A stretch of DNA of 64,000 bases from Terracidiphilus sp. Its GTDB lineage: Bacteria > Acidobacteriota > Terriglobia > Terriglobales > Acidobacteriaceae. Position 1 is the first letter of the stretch. Every line of letters begins with the position of its first letter. Shown here in pieces: positions 63,401 through 64,000 of the stretch. The notes beneath the pieces were generated by a model. It was not told the origin of the DNA. It was given only the letters and a program-made list of their open reading frames with translations, and did not search any database. The translations under genes and the position numbers were made by a program. The stretch spans positions 17,917 to 81,916 of the forward strand of contig JBEKET010000013.1 in NCBI GenBank assembly GCA_050013695.1, read 5' to 3'.

Positions 63401-64000
63401 ACTCTTAATGGTACTTACAACACAGAGGGCGGGCCTATTCCGGGATTGCTTGTTACCGGCGACATGAATGGCGACGGTTACCTGGACTTCGTCACCAACG
63501 CCTTCGTCTGCATAGGAGACTGCAATCAAGACACGTGGATCCTCCAGCCCTGGTACTACAGCAATGACGCGCAGGCTACCACCACAGGCTCCAGTCTTTC
63601 CACTCCGCCTTTACCCGGCACCTACACGCTGAGCATGACCTACCCGGGCAATCAGCTCTACCAGCCGAACCCGCTCGGCTCCAATCCCGCTGTCAACACG
63701 CAGATCACAATCACAGAGGCCACGCCGACCGGCAACCTCGCAGTCAGCCCCACGGGTACGGGATCTCCCGCAGCCTATCCCTATGGAACCCCTCTGACAT
63801 TTACCGCGACCGTTATCGGAGTAACAAATGGCGTAGCGCCCGGCGGTACCGTCACCTTCTACGACAACGACGGTACGCTCGGGACCGGAAATCTGAGTTC
63901 GGACGGCGGATGCTTCTCAACGGCAACGTTCACCACCACTCAGCTCCAACCCGGAATCAACAACATTTCAGTCTCCTATAACGGCGATCCCAACAACAAT
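60470..64000 (+). CDS. Large secreted adhesin-like protein with Ig-like (Big_3/IPT) domains and FG-GAP/VCBS repeats; 3-prime truncated by the window edge
   Basis: Absent from the ORF track (no stop in window). Translated by hand at start, repeats and end: MKRRLSSLVLIGIAAILTAGFPASLRAQ signal; ADLNGDGYAD, GDINGDGIPD, GQFNGDGYLD, ADFNQDGLSD, SDVNGDGYPD, GDMNGDGYLD; ends in frame as NISVSYNGDPNNN. Confidence 0.9.
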   Translation, partial: MKRRLSSLVLIGIAAILTAGFPASLRAQTDGGGEPFTSFAIQASSNPVVVGQYVSLTVTPTGNYGTPTGSVEFYVSSSSNTCTYSTLIGTTAGSEGTYILNYYASQTGTIPICAAYIPSDGDAYAAATTPVYLLSVVISASFTTFSIQAYPNPVNLGQATTLTATITGNSGAPAGQVEFYVSSGTDGCSISSVIGTTTGSNGVYTESYTPSQVGSFSICAQYIPTDGDVYPSATAGIYTLNVAGTAPFTVFDIGASPNPIPDGFMSTLTAYLVGNYGVPTGQVEFYSSNSATACSEGYFFGEVPVSASGVATLNTSFYNAGTWYICAQYVPGQNDPYASATAGIYLVNVMQPTLFTVSVPAAVLQGSQIPFTFGITTPYGQVPPTGTITLEDPNNDYAVIGTTTVSNGVVSPPTITATLTGNSYYAVYSGDNNYESQSVYGTVLYENALSAISPAAVTVGSPTTNFTLTGAGFNANSVVYLGSGDGQVTLPVNSFTPTQIQTTITANNLLIAGELSISVVTGPITGGPITLQVYAPYTDTAGVSTANPTSIPYGYTISTNFNGTVTRGVPATDAAVPAGQVTFSLTGTGAQSGYSATLGTAALAQVTTPGTYLSPFTEPIDTNGSAKLISADLNGDGYADVIGMPGIYYPNANYGDYAAGPYLQVMLSTGADGLQTEQQVFTGCLAQDFAVGDINGDGIPDLVVVCTSNGIASGPLNNLLAYYMLGNGDGTFQAPVQFGNNSGINYPTNIALGQFNGDGYLDIAVIDGADGYLQVISPFQNSYGPYSYFDTSNGSVQTAGAADFNQDGLSDIVLEEYNYPYNYNQYSNGAVLVLISQGDYNGFYVLSETQFTATTYWMQSMTISDVNGDGYPDVAIADFGQYYSDGSDNGNILIFENDQQGELPLTFTYSGNNDGALSFAGAVVGIPFPTIGQPASGAAAAQGWNLAYSGFGSDNNIWVQELQRQSAQNWTIVSSFDTLNGTYNTEGGPIPGLLVTGDMNGDGYLDFVTNAFVCIGDCNQDTWILQPWYYSNDAQATTTGSSLSTPPLPGTYTLSMTYPGNQLYQPNPLGSNPAVNTQITITEATPTGNLAVSPTGTGSPAAYPYGTPLTFTATVIGVTNGVAPGGTVTFYDNDGTLGTGNLSSDGGCFSTATFTTTQLQPGINNISVSYNGDPNNN
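60575..61528 (+). repeat. Three tandem 318-bp (106-aa) Ig-like repeats, each with a Cys pair
   Basis: Units start TTCACC at 60575, 60893, 61211; shared FT.F.I.A.PNP...GQVEFY.S...C...ICA.Y.P...D.Y..AT. Confidence 0.9.

Noticed and set aside
1-64000. CRISPR arrays, tRNA/rRNA, transposases, integrases, phage genes
   Set aside because: None recognised; the only repeats are coding Ig/PAS/FG-GAP units, the operator arrays and one 16-bp duplication.

Overview
GC-rich bacterial window whose gene style (wHTH-TPR/PD40 one-component regulators, Oar-like TonB-dependent receptor, Big_3/FG-GAP surface proteins) suggests Acidobacteriota; this is inferred, not proven. About 40 CDS; no rRNA, tRNA, CRISPR or mobile element seen. 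Blocks: (1) 1-10.8 kb: CoA-activase/dehydratase-like pair, lgt, a lipobox/Ig/NHL surface protein and a divergent wHTH-PD40 regulator. (2) 11-36 kb: a Wzx/Wza/Wzz-type polysaccharide locus interleaved with haem-c and copper proteins, two OM beta-barrels, an NTP_transf_5 nucleotidyltransferase, an HPr-kinase-like kinase, an MFS, a TonB-dependent receptor and an OmpR-family two-component system. Five intergenic regions here carry TGTCA half-sites in exact 11-bp phase, suggesting one regulon. (3) 36-44 kb: wHTH-TPR regulator, a small CxxC protein, a six-PAS hybrid kinase and a REC protein. (4) 44-52 kb: xylan utilisation genes (GH3, GPH transporter, GH10) plus GH29 and GH18. (5) 52-64 kb: DUF4384-like, secreted caspase-PEGA-TPR, CHASE2 adenylate cyclase and DUF928-like genes with a divergent MBL hydrolase, then a lipoprotein and a large Ig/FG-GAP adhesin that runs off the end. 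Best candidates for undescribed systems: the TGTCA-array regulon (polysaccharide + redox + kinase/nucleotidyltransferase) and the envelope caspase-CHASE2-cyclase module. Domain calls are from motif recognition only; no searches were run.
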